Shown: positions 23,335-36,863, counted from the stretch's first letter. The stretch is 49,987 nucleotides of DNA from Thelocarpon superellum (GCA_026025795.1 JAPEUG010000095.1:1-49987); one strand, 5' to 3'. The notes: generated from the sequence alone by a model not told the origin. Program-made: numbers and translations.

Positions 23335-26300
23335 TCAACGAGATTCGGGCGGCGAGGTCAGGAGCTGTGCGAACGGAGGAGCAGCTGCGGCAGAATATGA
23401 TGAGAGATTGACCCCTTGCGAAATGCGACGATCGGCGCTCACCCTTTCCAATGGATCCGCTTGATCCGTCGACAAGAGAGACGGACTATCCGAAGGCATC
23501 GCTGCCCCCATGGTGGTGTAGGCCCGGCCCTCCAACGCCGGACGAAGAACCCCAGGCGCGTCTTTGGCCTTTGTCACCGTTAACTCGGGCCCGGTGGGAA
23601 TGTGTCCGTCGTTGGCCGACGGTCGCACTTCCTTGCCGCGCTTCAGCAATGCCCCGCCGAGGGTCGCGCATTTGAGGATCGTCTGGATCAGGTGGTTCGG
23701 CTTCAACGGCTTGGAGAGATATTCCTAGGGTGGGTCAGTCAGATGGTCCCCCGCCTGCGCCATGACTGCTCACATCCATCTGCGCCTGGATACATTTCTC
23801 GCGATCGCCAATCATCGCATGCGCCGTCAGGGCGATGATGGGTGACCTGGTCAGCTTGGCATCGCGTTCAAACTCGCGGATCTTCCCCGTCGCTTCGAAG
23901 CCGCCCTGGTCGTCGTCGTCGTCGTCAGCAAAGTCGCGATGATGAGGCCGAGGCGCCAAACACGTACCATGATCGGCATCTGCACGTCCATGAGAACCAC
24001 GTCATATCGCTTCTTCTTCACTGCCTCCAGCGCTTCCAGTCCATTTCCCACCACGGTGACAATGTGATGGTATTTCTCCAGGATCTTCACCGCCAGGCGT
24101 TGGTTGACCTCGTTGTCCTCGGCCAGGAGGATCTCAAAGGAGCGGGAGTTGTCCGATACTGACGGCGCCGCTCGTCCCTCGAGGGCCGGGATCATGCCGT
24201 TGGCCAAGTCGATGGGAAGGCAGGGTGTCGTCATGTGCGAGGTGATACCGAGATCGAGCGCCGTCCGCAAGCTGACCGACACCACTGGGCAAAGGAGCAC
24301 GATGGGGATATACTTGAGCTTGTCGATAAGCCGCAGGCTCTGCGCCGTCTTGATCGAGTCCACGAGAATGACATCGTATGTGGCGCCGGCGCCTTTGCCG
24401 GCGGCCTCGGGATAGGGCACCTCCGTCTCTGAGGACACGGTGATGGGCATCAAGCGGAGCATGCGAAGCATGTCTGAAATCTGCTTGCCGTACTGCGTCA
24501 CACCCTTGTCGATGAACAGGACCTGATGGCCTTGATACGGAAGAAGGTGTGGGCTCATGAAGCTCAGGTCCGTCGTCGCCAGGCGCACCACGCAGGTGAA
24601 GTAAAACGTGCTCCCCTGCCCGTACGAGCTCTTGACCCACACATCGCCGCCCATCAGGTTCACCAGCCGCTTGGAGATGGAGAGGCCCAAGCCCGTCCCA
24701 CCAAAGCGCCGGGTCGTCGAGCCATCGGCCTGCTGAAAGGTGTCGAAGATGAGCCCAAGCTTGTCCGCCTCGATGCCGATCCCCGTATCCGAGACCGAAA
24801 ACTCAAAGGCATACTCATTGGGCTCGCACCGGTGGCCCTGCGAGCTCTGCTTGATGGTGAGCTTCACCTCGCCGTCCTCGGTGAATTTGATGGCGTTGCC
24901 CACGAGGTTGAGGATGATCTGGCGGAGGCGGAAGGAGTCGCCCACGACGTGATCTGGCACCTCATGGTCCACCTCGTAGAGCAGATCGAGGAAGCGCTCG
25001 CTCGACTTGACCGCCAAGGTCTTGAGCGCATTGAAGACGGTGCCACGCAGAGAGAAGGGAATCTCCTCCATGACCATGCGGTTCGCCTCGATCTTGGAGA
25101 TGTCGAGGATGTCGTCGATGATGGTCAGGAGACTGTTGGCCAGATTGTGCACGATGTTGAGCATCTCGCGCTGATACTGCGTCAGATCCGTGTCGAGCGT
25201 GAGCTGCGTCATGCCGATGATGCCGTTCATCGGCGTGCGGATCTCATGGCTCATGTTGGCCAGGAACTCCGACTTGGTCTGATTCGCCAGCTCGGCCGCC
25301 TCACGTGCCGCGGTGTTGCGCTGGATGCTATCGCGCAGGCTGTAGACCATGTTGTTGATCTTGCGCTTCAGCTCGTCCATCTCGCCCGAGGCCTCGACCG
25401 TGATGATCTTGGTGAAGTCGCCGTCGGTGGCGGCGTCGGTGATGTCGCCAAATGCGCGGACCTGCGACGTAAGATTCTGCGCCATGGTGTTGACGTCCTC
25501 CGTGATCTCCTTCCACCGTCCGCCAATGTCCTTGACGTTGGCTTGCCCGCCCATCTTGCCGTCGACGCCGACGTCCTTGGCCACGCGCTTGACCTCGTTG
25601 GCGAAGATGGCCAGCCGGTCGACCATGTTGTTGATGGTGTCCTTGAGCAGTAGCACCTCACCAGAAGCGTGCACGTCGATCTTCTGGCTCAGGTCGCCGC
25701 CCGCGATGGCCTGGGTCACAATCGAGATGCCGCGCACCTGGGCCGTCAGGTTCTGGGCCATGGTGTTGACGTTCTTCGTGAGCTCCATCCACTTGCCCTC
25801 CACGTTCTCCACGTTGGCCTGCCCGCCGAGGGTGCCGTCCGTGCCGACCTCGCGCGCCACCTTGCTGACCTCGAAGGCAAAGGTGCCCAGGCGATCGACC
25901 ATGGTGTTGATCGTGATCTTGAGATCGAGAATCTCGCCCTGCACCTCGACGCCGATCTTGCGGCTCAGATCGCCCTTGGCCACGGCGGTCGTCACCTTGG
26001 CGATCTCGCGCACCTGGGTGGTGAGGTTCATGGCCATGCCGTTGACGTTTTGCGTCAGTTCGCGCCACGTGCCCTCGACGTCATGGACTGTGGCCTGCCC
26101 GCCCAAGCGGCCCTCGGTGCCGACCTCACGCGCGATCTTGGTGACCTCTTGCGCGAATTGGCGCAGCTGACCCACCATGGAGTTGATGGTGGACTTGAGA
26201 TCGAGGATCTCGCCTTTACACTCCGCCTGGACCGTCTGGGTCAGGTCACCCTTGGCCACGGCCGTGGTCACGGTGGCGATGTCGCGAACCTGGGTGGTCA

Positions 26301-27442
26301 GGTTCATCGCCATGGCGTTCACATTGATGGTCAGATCATTCCACATGCCGCGCACCCCTCGGATATCGGCCTGGCCGCCGAGGACGCCCTCCGTGCCCAC
26401 GTCACGGGCGACACGGGTGACCTCGGTGGCGAAGGTGCGCAGTTGATCGACCATGGTATTGATGGTTTGTTGAAGCTCCAAGATCTCACCCTGGGCCGGG
26501 ATATGAATCTTCTGGCTAAGGTCGCCGTGGGCGACGGCGGTGGTGACCGAGGCGATCTCGCGCACTTGATCGGTCAGGTTCTTCGCCATGACATTGACTG
26601 TCACGTATCAGTATGAGGCGCCCATGCCCGAGTGATTGGCGACCACGCTTACCATTCTCTGTGAGTTCCTTCCAGGTGCCGTCGACGCCGGTAATTTGCG
26701 CCTGGCCACCAAGGCGACCTTCGGTGCCGACCTCACGCGCCACACGCGACACTTCGCTAGTGAAGACCTGGAGCTGGTCCATCATGGTGTTGATGGTTCC
26801 TTTGAAGACGGCAATCTCGGGGTCCATCTCGACCGCGTGCACCGTCACCTTCTTGCTCAGGTCGCCCTTGGCGACGGCGGTGACGATGCCACCAATCTCT
26901 CGCAATGCTTTCTGGAAGGCTTCATTGGCCTGTGACTTCTGCTGCAGCATGCATTCCAGCTGCTTGACCCGTTCCGTCCCAACTATTCCGATGTCCTGAC
27001 CCTCGTCATATGCGTTGGAGGGATCGTTGGGCATGCCCTCTCCGGACGGAGGCCTGCCAGCGTCATGGTCGGCGCCCGATGCTGAAGTCGGGTCTTGAGG
27101 ACGAGGCGTGGAGCTCGGCTCGGCGGGCCCGCCCTCGAAGGGTGAGTAAGGATCCGTGCTGCCACTGGGGGTCTCGGGAAGGGTCTGATGATTAACGGTG
27201 GTCGCCCGCGCCTCAAGGTATCGAATGCGAAAGGCGAGGGCGGAGAGCTCGTGCTCGAGCGATCGCTTGGCCGGGGTGTTGTCACCGGGAAGATGGAAGT
27301 TCTCGAGGTCAGCGCCATTCAGGACAGATTTGGCGGCGGTGGCGGAGGGGGAGGGTGTGGAGGCGGTATAGGGCATGAGGCCGCCATCGGCTAGACCCCG
27401 AAGGATGGCCGCCGTGGCCTCGAAAACGGCGTCGTCGTGCAT
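23335..27442 (-). CDS. nik1: Group III hybrid histidine kinase (NIK1/OS-1/NikA) with six HAMP repeats
   Basis: Exons 27442-26653, 26597-23968, 23905-23774, 23724-23335. Six AV(A/T)xGDL-type repeats, H-box [41 protein letters not shown]; receiver LLAEDN...VLMDVQMP...YLSKP. Confidence 0.96.
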
Positions 27443-28234
27443 GGCGTCAGGTCACGATGGGATCGGTCGTGGCCGGGGACGCTGACAAGGGAGCCCACGG
27501 GGCCTTACGGGCATGGGCACATGGAGGTTGATGGGCGTTGATGCCGTACACCGTCAGCAGCGTCCAGTTTCGGATACACGTCAAGCGTTGAGCCGCCGAT
27601 GTCCGTCGCCCGGCGTCCGGCGTCGGTCGATGAGGGGATGAAAGGAAGGACAAGGTGAGACGACGATGGCCGACGTGGATCCTTCAGCCGGGCTTGTCCG
27701 TTGAGTTGGCACCTCGAAAGGAGGTGAGGAAAGTCGCCGTCACGTCCGTTGATCTGCGGCGCTACCTTCCGATTGACGCCCGACTGGCGAGCGAGGCTGG
27801 CAGTGGAGTCTTGGTCGTGGCTCTGGCAGATTGGGAACCCCGGTCGGCTTCGCTTAACCACGATAAAGGCGCGTGCTGGTGAGGGCCGGGATTCTGACTG
27901 AGTGTGAAGTGGCCGCAGGAGATCACGCACAACTGGCTATCGCTTGGACAGCCAGATGTAAAAAGGCGAGGGAGGGGGCGAGTACCGGAGAGGCCAGGGA
28001 GACGGAGGGCGGGAATCTCAATATATCGAGGTTGGGGATGATGGATACACGTACCGCAATAGCTTCAATTCAGCCATGGGCGAGGGTCGCGCATGGGCTC
28101 ATGTGGGAGCAGAAGGTACGAAGTATCGAAACCAACGCCTTGCGCGACCCGACTGGTCCGCAGGTGCTGGTGCCATGTACTCATTCTCGCCCCAGTCTGA
28201 CAGAATCGAAAAGGGTCTCTCGCGCACGCTACGA

Positions 28235-28270
28235 GCCGCCTGGCCGCCTGGCCGCCTGGCCGCCTGGCCG
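28235..28270. repeat. (GCCGCCTG)4 tandem repeat
   Basis: Directly visible upstream of nik1. Confidence 0.85.
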
Positions 28271-29953
28271 CAGGCCTCATGAAACCTCTGCTGCCTCTCC
28301 CACCTCAGGCTTGGTAGGGGCCACTCTCCCGCATAGCCCAGGGTCAGTTGCTGGGCGGACGCGGCGTGACATTCCCTTTTGGCCCTCGGGGCACCATCCG
28401 GCCAGACACCTCCCCCTAACCACCGTCGTGGACCACTAATCATCGCGCTGAGTGCCACAGCCGTAGCGCGTCGCGTCTCGACCAGTCACCGAAGCCTTCT
28501 CCACGCGCGTGGGCACCAATCATCAGTCAAACGAAGCGCAGGCCTCGTCTCCAACATAGACCAGATTCGACGGAGACGACCAGGCTGCCGATGCTCGTGC
28601 TGGACGGACCTGGGCGGCTGCCATCCAACATTGGACCTTACAGATCGGTGCAATGGAATCTGATGATTCAGCCCAAGCAAGCAACGCGAGTGCCACGAAA
28701 GTCGCCTGGTGGACGACGGACAGCAGCCGATAGGTTACGACCAGAACGATGCGTCAGGCATGGACTCCGCCGACATCTGAGTACGAAGTACTACCAAGGA
28801 TACCCGCACTTCACATTCTATGCGAAGTATCTGCAGGGCGGGTACCTTGGTCGTACTCACAGTTGCGAGGTCACGATTCGGGCCATCGCAAGCCCCTGCC
28901 GGGAGAGACTAACGGCAATGGAGTAGGCAGTTGCAAGGTGATGGGGGAAGTTTTGTGGGGCAAAAGAGTCTGAAACACGATGACGACGTTTGTCAGGGAC
29001 TTTTCGTTTTTGGTGGGTGGTGGGTGTGCGAGCACAGCGCCGTTTCAAGCCCCGACTGCACAGCACGGTCCCGAACTAACCTCCCTGTAGAGATGGCCTG
29101 GAATGCTCGTAGCGCCTCGTAGATATCAGGGGCGACGATCTCCCATAGCCCAACGCCACCCTCGCCGACGACGTCACATCTCATCGACAGGTCCGGAGTC
29201 AATTGACTGGCCGTGCCACTGCCGCACCCAGTTCCCCGCGGCGGGACTGGGAGATCTGAAGATCCCTGCATCCTGCACACTTCTTCATCGCGCGAAACGA
29301 CGAGCATCCTGTATTGAATTCTGATCTATTTGGTCGACTCGTCACGTGCAACCAACCAAGGCCGAACTACATGTTGCACTTGCCAGGCATGGGATGACGT
29401 GGGCGAGACCGAATTCTTTCCTCAAATATAAGGAAATGTAATGTGTGGGCCTCGATTGGCACTGGCGTCAACAGAGAGCCAGATGGATGTACGTGCACAG
29501 TATGGTATGGCGTGGTCCGGGGTGGTCCCAGGCCGGGCATCCCACCTTCAACCACGTCTCTTGTCGCCGTCAGGTAAGCGTCCTCGGAATGCCAGAGATA
29601 TTATGTGGAGATCAGTCGTTCACGGCACTGCGATGAGATCCTCAGGTAGAACGTGTGCATGTTGGATGGGGAAGCTGCTTCTTCACCTATGGCGGGCTTG
29701 GGAGCTGTCTGAGTCCAGATAGAACTTTGTGGGTCGGTGCTATCCCACCGCAGTATGTGGATGCTGAAGAATCATCGCCAACGTGACAGATCAAAGGGCG
29801 GAGACAGCGATGAGCGCACATAAGAAAAGCTGCTCATCCGATTGATTGATCACTGGCCATCTTATATACAGAGTGCCCTTCCTTGTGCCACGTAAGAGCC
29901 CCCAACGCACCACAGCCATGCAGCCAAGCCATCGATCACGTGTATCTCGCCGT

Positions 29954-30546
29954 CTATTTCTTGTCCTTCTTGGCCTTGGTCTTGGTTCCCCGCACCTCCT
30001 TCGATCGGTTCTTGCGTTGCTTGCCTGTCGTCGCCCGCATTGTCAGCCTCTTAACGTCATGAAAGGCAACGGACGCTCCCGAAGGATTAGACATGAAGAA
30101 TGAAAAGACGTACGTTGTTGACGGCTGGCCTTTTCAATCTTCTGCGCCTCGCCGATCCGGACCAATCGGTAGTGGGGCTCAAATTTCTTCAACGCGTCCT
30201 TCGAGTCGTAGATGAGCGCAAAGCCCGTGCTCTTGCCACCACCATACTGCGTGCGAAAACCAAATACTGCCACTTGATCCTTGTCGGCCTTGTAGAGTTC
30301 CGCGAGCTTGGTTCGGAGCTCATCCTTGGACACGTTGGCGCGATTGGGGTGAAGAACATCGCTGCGAAAAGGCATTAGACGGCGACTAGCGCAACGGATG
30401 ATTGGAGATGGTAACAGGACAGGTGCCCAGGGTGAGCGTCCGGAATCAAGAAGTAGGACTTACACGACCATCTGCTTGCGCGAGAGAAGGGCGTTTCGCA
30501 GGAACTTGCGCGTTCGCAGCGTCACGGGCTGCTCTCGATCCGCCAT
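29954..30546 (-). CDS. rps24: 40S ribosomal protein S24 (eS24)
   Basis: Three exons: [20 protein letters not shown] | [16 protein letters not shown]...[20 protein letters not shown]...[10 protein letters not shown] | [13 protein letters not shown]. Confidence 0.96.
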
Positions 30547-30866
30547 GGTGTTGGACGATTCTATGAGACCTGCGAAAGCTATGGCCCGATCGATATTTAA
30601 AGAGACGGAGAAGCGGCCGTTAGAAGTCGTCCTGGATGGCGCAAAAGACGGACGTTTGTCGACCTAGCGTGGCTTCTTCCCGCGACCTACGCGATGAAGT
30701 TGTGTGGGCGAGGGCTTAGCGACGCATCTCCACGCTAAGGGTTTAGACCTTGTAGGCTGACTGCAGGGCTTGCTGGAGAAGCGGGTTGGACCAATGAGAG
30801 ACCACCATTTCGATCAATCACGGACTTCGTACTGCTTTCTCATCTCATCCGCAGACACGGCGACGG
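30547..30866. promoter_or_regulatory. Short divergent promoter rps24/efm3 with an inverted CTTAGCG...CGCTAAG pair
   Basis: 320 bp between start codons; CTTAGCG 30715-30721, CGCTAAG 30733-30739, related CCTAGCG at 30663. Confidence 0.45.
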
Positions 30867-32150
30867 ATGGATACATTCCTAAGACGCAGATCCGCGACTC
30901 GATCTCCACCGCACAGCTCAGACCCCCAACTCGAATTATTCCGGCGCCAGTACCTTCAGGTCGTTGATTTCGAGTTACTGAGCTTTCCCGCGGGAGAGCT
31001 CCTGGTAGACCACACGGTGCAGATCTCCCTGTACCAAAAGCTGTTCAACCCGGATGTATCTCAGTACCGCCCGCCTCCAACATACCAGCTTCGTGTACTC
31101 AAAGCACTACTTGTTAGAATCGAGAATAGTATCACTGATCCGGAAGAAGAAGTACGCTGCCATCCGACGTGATCCTTCCATAATCCTTTTCGACGTTGCG
31201 TTGTCCATCGTATCTCGCGTGAAGGAGATCGAGAGCCCATTCCTAATTGTTGACGCCCACAGGAAGTATCCGACAGCCTCTGCTCATACCTGGCATCGTT
31301 GCTAAGCCGACCTTCCCTGGCCCCATCTACCGTGGCCCAAGAGAAATCGTTTGTGACATACTGCTGTCCGTCTCCACTAGATGCACCAGGCCCCCACCAG
31401 CTTCTCTTACGCGAGTCTCGCGCATTGATCTCTGCGTCAGGCTCGACTGGTTTGCGGACGTGGGAGGCTGCGCTTCACCTCGGTCATTTTCTCTACTCAC
31501 AAACTGGGACTGATCTGGTCAGAGGGAAGCGTGTCCTTGAGCTTGGTGCTGGCACAGGCTTCGTCTCATTGCTATGTGCCAAACATGTCGGTGCCAAACA
31601 GGTTCTTGCGACCGATGGCGATGAAGGCGTCGTGCAGGGAATGAGAGCTGTGTTCCCTCTCAACGGCTTCGAGGAGACTAGCCTCTTGAGCGCTGGCTGC
31701 CTCAGATGGGGCGAGCCGCTAACAGGGACATGTGTCGATGGCTTGGAGAGCGTTGATGTCGTCCTGGGAGCTGATATAGTAGGTAAAAACCTTGTGGGTG
31801 GAATGCAACCATGGAAGGCTCATTCTATATCGTGCAGACGTACGACGCTGCTGTCATCCCAATGCTCGTAGCCACTCTTGATGAGCTCTTCAATCGATTC
31901 AACACCGTTGGAGTCATTGTCTCAGCAACCATCCGAAATCTTGCCACCTACGCTACTTTCCAGCAAGCCTGCAGTGAGTCTTTTGAGGCCCGCGTAAGGC
32001 CTCCTGACTAATTGCAAGCACTTAGGAGCCAAACATCTCGAGGCTTCAGAACTTCCAATCACTGCGCCTTCAACAGCACGGCAAACTGGATTCTTCTACC
32101 CCGGGTCGGTGCCCATCCAGATCATTCACATCACACGATTTCAAGCGTGA
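30867..32150 (+). CDS. efm3: Protein-lysine methyltransferase, EFM3/FAM86A (eEF2 methyltransferase)-like
   Basis: Four exons. FRRQYLQ, PPPTYQLRVLK, LLRESRALISASGSTGLRTWEAALHL, SAM motif VLELGAGTG, VLATDG, VLGADI-TYD, VSATIRN, GFFY. Confidence 0.85.
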
Positions 32151-32398
32151 AGCTGTTCTTCACCTATGTATACAAGCGGCTGTCCTCCAACATTATGTGA
32201 ACCAATTCGCTGTTGAATATTCGACGAGTGATTCGATCATGCCCTGCCTGTCTTACTATGCAAAGCCTCCCTCCTGCCTGAGATGGATTATAGAAACCCT
32301 CAAGCCCGAGAACAAGCCACGATCCTTCAACTTGACAGCGACATCTCCAGCAGCACACGGTCTTCGAGGACCGTCACCATATCTCACGGCCAGGCACG

Positions 32399-33994
32399 AT
32401 GTCTCAACGACCGCAGGACAAGTCGACCCCGCCTCCAGCCCTGGGAAAGAGCAATCGAGATACCACTCAGCGACCCTCTACACGCCCTACCCTTGCTAGT
32501 CCGAGGAGTGTGGCCTCGAGCGAGATCTACTCGGAGCGGGAACTGGCTGAGGATTTGTACTCCTCAAGCCAGCCTCCTATGCCTACGGCGCTAGCTATCC
32601 GCGAGCCCAACCGCCAGGATCAGAAACGGTCGAGTCGAGGTCCTCATCTTCAGCCGTCGAGCGGTCAGCCGACCACATCTTCCTCTTCGCGGGATGAGTC
32701 GGAGCGGCCGAGAACGCGTGTCACACCGCGGCTTCTCGAACCAGCTGCCGCGTCGAGAGCGCTGAGTATCTCCTCATCCTCACGCAATGAATCAGAGCGG
32801 CTGAAAACGACTATTGCACCGCGACTGCTTGACCCCGGGGCGGCATCCAGACCGTCTACTTTCTTGACGGCACAGTCTGCCGCGCGGTCTGTGGCACCGA
32901 ATCGAGAGAAGCAGGTGGCTGTTCGCCCCAGTGATAAGTTACAGCCCTACGTCAATGACTCACAGGCCGGCGTCAATAGTTCACGACAGCTTGAGCCAAG
33001 CCAGGCTAGAACCATGACGAACCTACCCGCCGTCACCGTGAGTCGAGCTTCGACGCAGACCTTACGCCCCAGCCAGACTCCTCGAAGCAATGCCGCATCG
33101 AGCCCGTCGTTGCTCCGACCAACGACCGCGGCCTCATCGTTACGGGCTGGCCTCACTCCTTCTCGAGCCCCGACTCCGCCCGCGCAATCCCAGAGCGCCC
33201 GCGCCATCACTCAAGCTGGGACCACCCCCTCTCAAGCTCCGACTTTATCTGTGCAACCTAGGAGCGTGCGCGCCCTGATCCGAGTCACACGTCCTACATC
33301 GATCGCTCCGCGCCTCGGCACCATCGCAGACACCGAAGACGACGGTGTGTTCGAAACCCCTGCCGAAGCTGCCTCATTTCGCTCTACCGCCCCCCCCACC
33401 ATCGCTGGCAGCCACCGCCCGACCCTCGCGAGCGGCAGCGCCAGCGCTCAAGGTTCGTCGCGCGCACCCGCCACCGCCAGCGTCCACGCCCGGAGCGTGG
33501 CGCCCGAGCTTGGTGAGCCCGTTCGCGCACGCTCCACATGGTACGACCCGGCGCAGCCGCCGCCGATCCCAGACCCCCTGCCCGGGCCACACGACAACGT
33601 GCTTGTGTACCGAATCGAAGACGACACGGGCCGGATCTACGAATACAGCGTGTTGGCGGAGCGGGCCGATGGGGGCCTCACGCTACTCAAGGAGATGGAC
33701 CGCTGGGCGCGGCATGTGCGCGATCCGCATTTCGCGCCTATGATGCTTCAGGCCCGGGCGCTACAGAGCGGACTGCTGCGCAAGATCGCGCACGAGGACG
33801 ATACGGGATACACCTACTACGACATCGAGAATCACAACTACGATGTCGCGTGGGCGTGTGCGCAGCAGGGGTGGAAGACCCTGGGAATTGGCGTGGGTGC
33901 GGACCGTGGTAACTTCTTCATGGAGTCTTTCGATCCCGATGTTGCGAGACGTCGTGGCGCCCTGGGCCGTGCACCCGATCACACGCGGCAGTGA
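32399..33994 (+). CDS. Hypothetical (orphan-like) protein: S/R/P/T-rich repeats plus a ~130-aa C-terminal globular region
   Basis: 531-codon uninterrupted ORF; 3' part has coding-like GC-rich third positions; no family recognised. Confidence 0.65.
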   Translation: MSQRPQDKSTPPPALGKSNRDTTQRPSTRPTLASPRSVASSEIYSERELAEDLYSSSQPPMPTALAIREPNRQDQKRSSRGPHLQPSSGQPTTSSSSRDESERPRTRVTPRLLEPAAASRALSISSSSRNESERLKTTIAPRLLDPGAASRPSTFLTAQSAARSVAPNREKQVAVRPSDKLQPYVNDSQAGVNSSRQLEPSQARTMTNLPAVTVSRASTQTLRPSQTPRSNAASSPSLLRPTTAASSLRAGLTPSRAPTPPAQSQSARAITQAGTTPSQAPTLSVQPRSVRALIRVTRPTSIAPRLGTIADTEDDGVFETPAEAASFRSTAPPTIAGSHRPTLASGSASAQGSSRAPATASVHARSVAPELGEPVRARSTWYDPAQPPPIPDPLPGPHDNVLVYRIEDDTGRIYEYSVLAERADGGLTLLKEMDRWARHVRDPHFAPMMLQARALQSGLLRKIAHEDDTGYTYYDIENHNYDVAWACAQQGWKTLGIGVGADRGNFFMESFDPDVARRRGALGRAPDHTRQ

Positions 33995-34560
33995 GAGATC
34001 TCTTGGCGTTGCACGGGGATATGATCAGTGGCTGCGGGCTACTGAGCGAGACGGGGTGGCTCGGGGCCGGGAAGGAGGCTGGGCTGGCCTTGTCTTGATG
34101 TATTTTCAATCTCCGTCCAGGTTTTCGGATCATTTGCACGGCATTGGCGTTACTCATTACTTATCTCGATCTACTCGATCTTTTGCCCACGCCCCAAAAA
34201 CCCCAAGACCAGACCGGAGAGCATGTTGGGAAAGTAGGAAAGGAAATATTCTCGTGCTCCTTGGAGAACAGTGCACCCAGCTCGATGTAGATAAAGGGCA
34301 AGCAATCCATCCATTCGAACACGCCACAGAACTCGCCGCACAACGTAAACGACATAGGACATTGATTATTCTCACACGATCAGTTTGCGTCTGAATAGGA
34401 ACGAATAATCACGACAGAGGCCAGAGGTAGAGACAGACTCAAAGAGCAAGGTGAGGATGACTGCAGTGGTTGGCGCACATGGACGTGGTGGAGCTTGAAG
34501 GTCATTGGCATATCCGGAGGTCTCCCATGTCGGGTATGGCGCAACAGATGCGCGGCTGGA

Positions 34561-36863
34561 CTAGGCTCGGTAGCTTCCGACGGACGAACGATGCGCAGCT
34601 GGTGCTCTTGAGTCGGCCGAGCTGCGTCGATGAAGCACATCGAGCGACGTCGGGTACGGGGGCTGCGGTTGACGGAGCCGGGTGTATTGCTGTCCGCTCA
34701 CGAGCGTTCCGTCATTGGAGGCGGTCGACTCGCCTTGTGACGTTCGTCGATAGCCGCTTTCACTCCCGAAACTGTAAAGATTGGAGGACGAGTTGTGACT
34801 AGGCAACAGGGCCTCGTTGCATGTTGTTGGTGGAAAGGTCGAGCCAAGACAATGAGGGTAGTTGCTCGGGGGCGTCAGCGTGCTTGAAGCACTGGAGGAG
34901 TATGAGAGTGATGGCAGGGACGCGGTGCCGACGACGGGACTGGTCGAGACGGGGAGAAAGATCTGCGAAGAATCCGAGAAGGACGCCGAAGCCGCCCTGG
35001 CTAGTGGAGCCGTCACCATGACCGAGGTTGACACCGTCGTGCCGCGGGCGGAGGCTGGCAGTGCCGCAAAGGGGGCACCGTCACTAGTCCACGACTGAGG
35101 AGCATTCTTGAAGCTGAGGTGCGGGCCGCTTCCGTTTGGGTTGCCGCCCAGGGATTCCCCATTCACGCCAGGTCCGGAGCCATTCAACGTCGATTGCTGT
35201 GGCTTCGGGAGGAGCCGGTCCGCCGCGGAAGAGGCGGTCGGGAGTGAGGATGAGAGCGCACTCATGGTGGGGAAATAAGATCCGTCTGTCGCGAGCGACG
35301 GTGTGCGGGCTACGGTTGAGGTGAGGTAGGGCAGGTGAGCATTGGAGAAGGCGGGAGAGCTTTGCTCAACGAAAAGTGGCCCCCCAGGGCCTCGCGTCCC
35401 ATGGCTAATGGGTGTCCAGCCGCGGGTCGAGCCATGTGAGCTGTACACGCCGTGGGCATTCATGGCGTGGGCGTCATTGCTGGGCAGGATATAATTCTGC
35501 GGCACGGACGCATAGTTGTCGCCCCCGTCATCGTTATACCCCAGCGGAAAGGGGCTCGGATAAAGCGTCTTGCTGGAAACCATTGCACACGTGCTGCCGT
35601 TGACGGGAGGCACCGTACGGTGATAATATGTCGGGCTCGGTACCGACACGGAGCTCTGAAAGGGCAGAGTGGCCGTGCTCGTGGCGGGATATGGGGCCAG
35701 CGCGTTGCTGAGTGGCGAGCTGCCTGGGGGTTCCAGCGTGGACTGGATGCTGTACGAAAACTGTTCGCCAACGGGAGAACAAGACACGTCCTTGGAGCCA
35801 ACCTGCACGGATCACGGATCAACACGCGAGGAGGATGACGGAGAAGAGCCTCGGATGGGCGAGACACACCCTGAGAAAGAGACATTGTCCCTGATCGAGG
35901 CCCGCCTGCTTGCAATTGTTGCATTGGCTTCCGTCTCCAGGATCACCGCTGCATCGAATCTTACGTTTGCGGCAACGTCCGCACTGTCCATGCCGCAGGG
36001 ACGTCAGTGACCCTGATCCACGTGCAGGACGATGGACGGAGAGGGTGAGGGAACGGTTCGGAACGAAAGAAGAGGGTAGGATGCGGCGATCAGGGAGGAA
36101 GACGGCGAAACAAGATGGTGAGGGCGGCAAAAAAAAGGGCGACCGACAGCAACACCAACCCGACGACGAGGATGGCCTCGATTTTGCTCGGGCGCGTCTT
36201 TCACGGGTGAGCCGGCTCGATTCTGGGGCCGGGCCACAGGACACGGCGCTCGAGCACTCAGCCGACCGGAGCCAGGGGTGGCCAATGACACGCAGCGGTC
36301 GTGAGCACGAGCGACAGCAAGGCCGCGACCAGCATCTTGGTAGTCGGCCTCGTCAGAGGTCCCGACGTACGGCGACCGAGGCATGATCTGCGCGGCATCT
36401 CAACTATTTGCCTGGATGGGGTCGCGCGGCGGCCACTGCACGTTGGACAAACACTCACCGTCATCAGAGCGACAGTGGCAATGTTTGCGAGCTCACTTAT
36501 ACACAGATTCAGGGGGGGCGGCGGACAAGGATACACCAGATCTTCGCGCAAGCAAGCGTGGAGCGCTGTTCGGCGGAGAATCAACGAGGGCGACGACACG
36601 CGCGGGGAAGGGGAGCGAGGCAGCGATGTCAGCAACGATGGCGGTGACGGAGTGGGATCAAGGGACCAAGACCGAGTAACGGCGAGATGGACGGTCCGAC
36701 ATTTTAAGTAGAGAAAGGCGACGGGAGAGCGATATCCAGCGGACGGTCTCCTGGTCAGGTCAAGTTTGTGGTGACGAAGATCTCGCCTGCTCTCGTTCCT
36801 GGGGCGCTGGGGGGAGCGTTCGACATTTCCGACGATCAGCCCTCTCTGCTGGTGTAAGCTCAT
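34561..36863 (-). CDS. Zn(II)2Cys6 transcription factor; 5' exon structure uncertain
   Basis: RRRVGVA|(donor 36147, acceptor 35984)|CGRCRKRKIRCSGDPGDGSQCNNCKQAGLDQGQCLFLR|(35869-35803)|VGSKD..., then a long S/P-rich exon to the stop at 34561. Start could be ATG 36863, 36464 or 36384. Confidence 0.8.

Noticed and set aside
25400..26900. ~276-bp tandem repeats
   Set aside because: These are the normal HAMP repeats of group III histidine kinases; six copies is typical.
24104..26999. Long + strand ORFs opposite nik1 (similar ones opposite swr1, somA, rct1, uap1)
   Set aside because: Shadow ORFs expected from GC-rich codon bias on the real coding strand.
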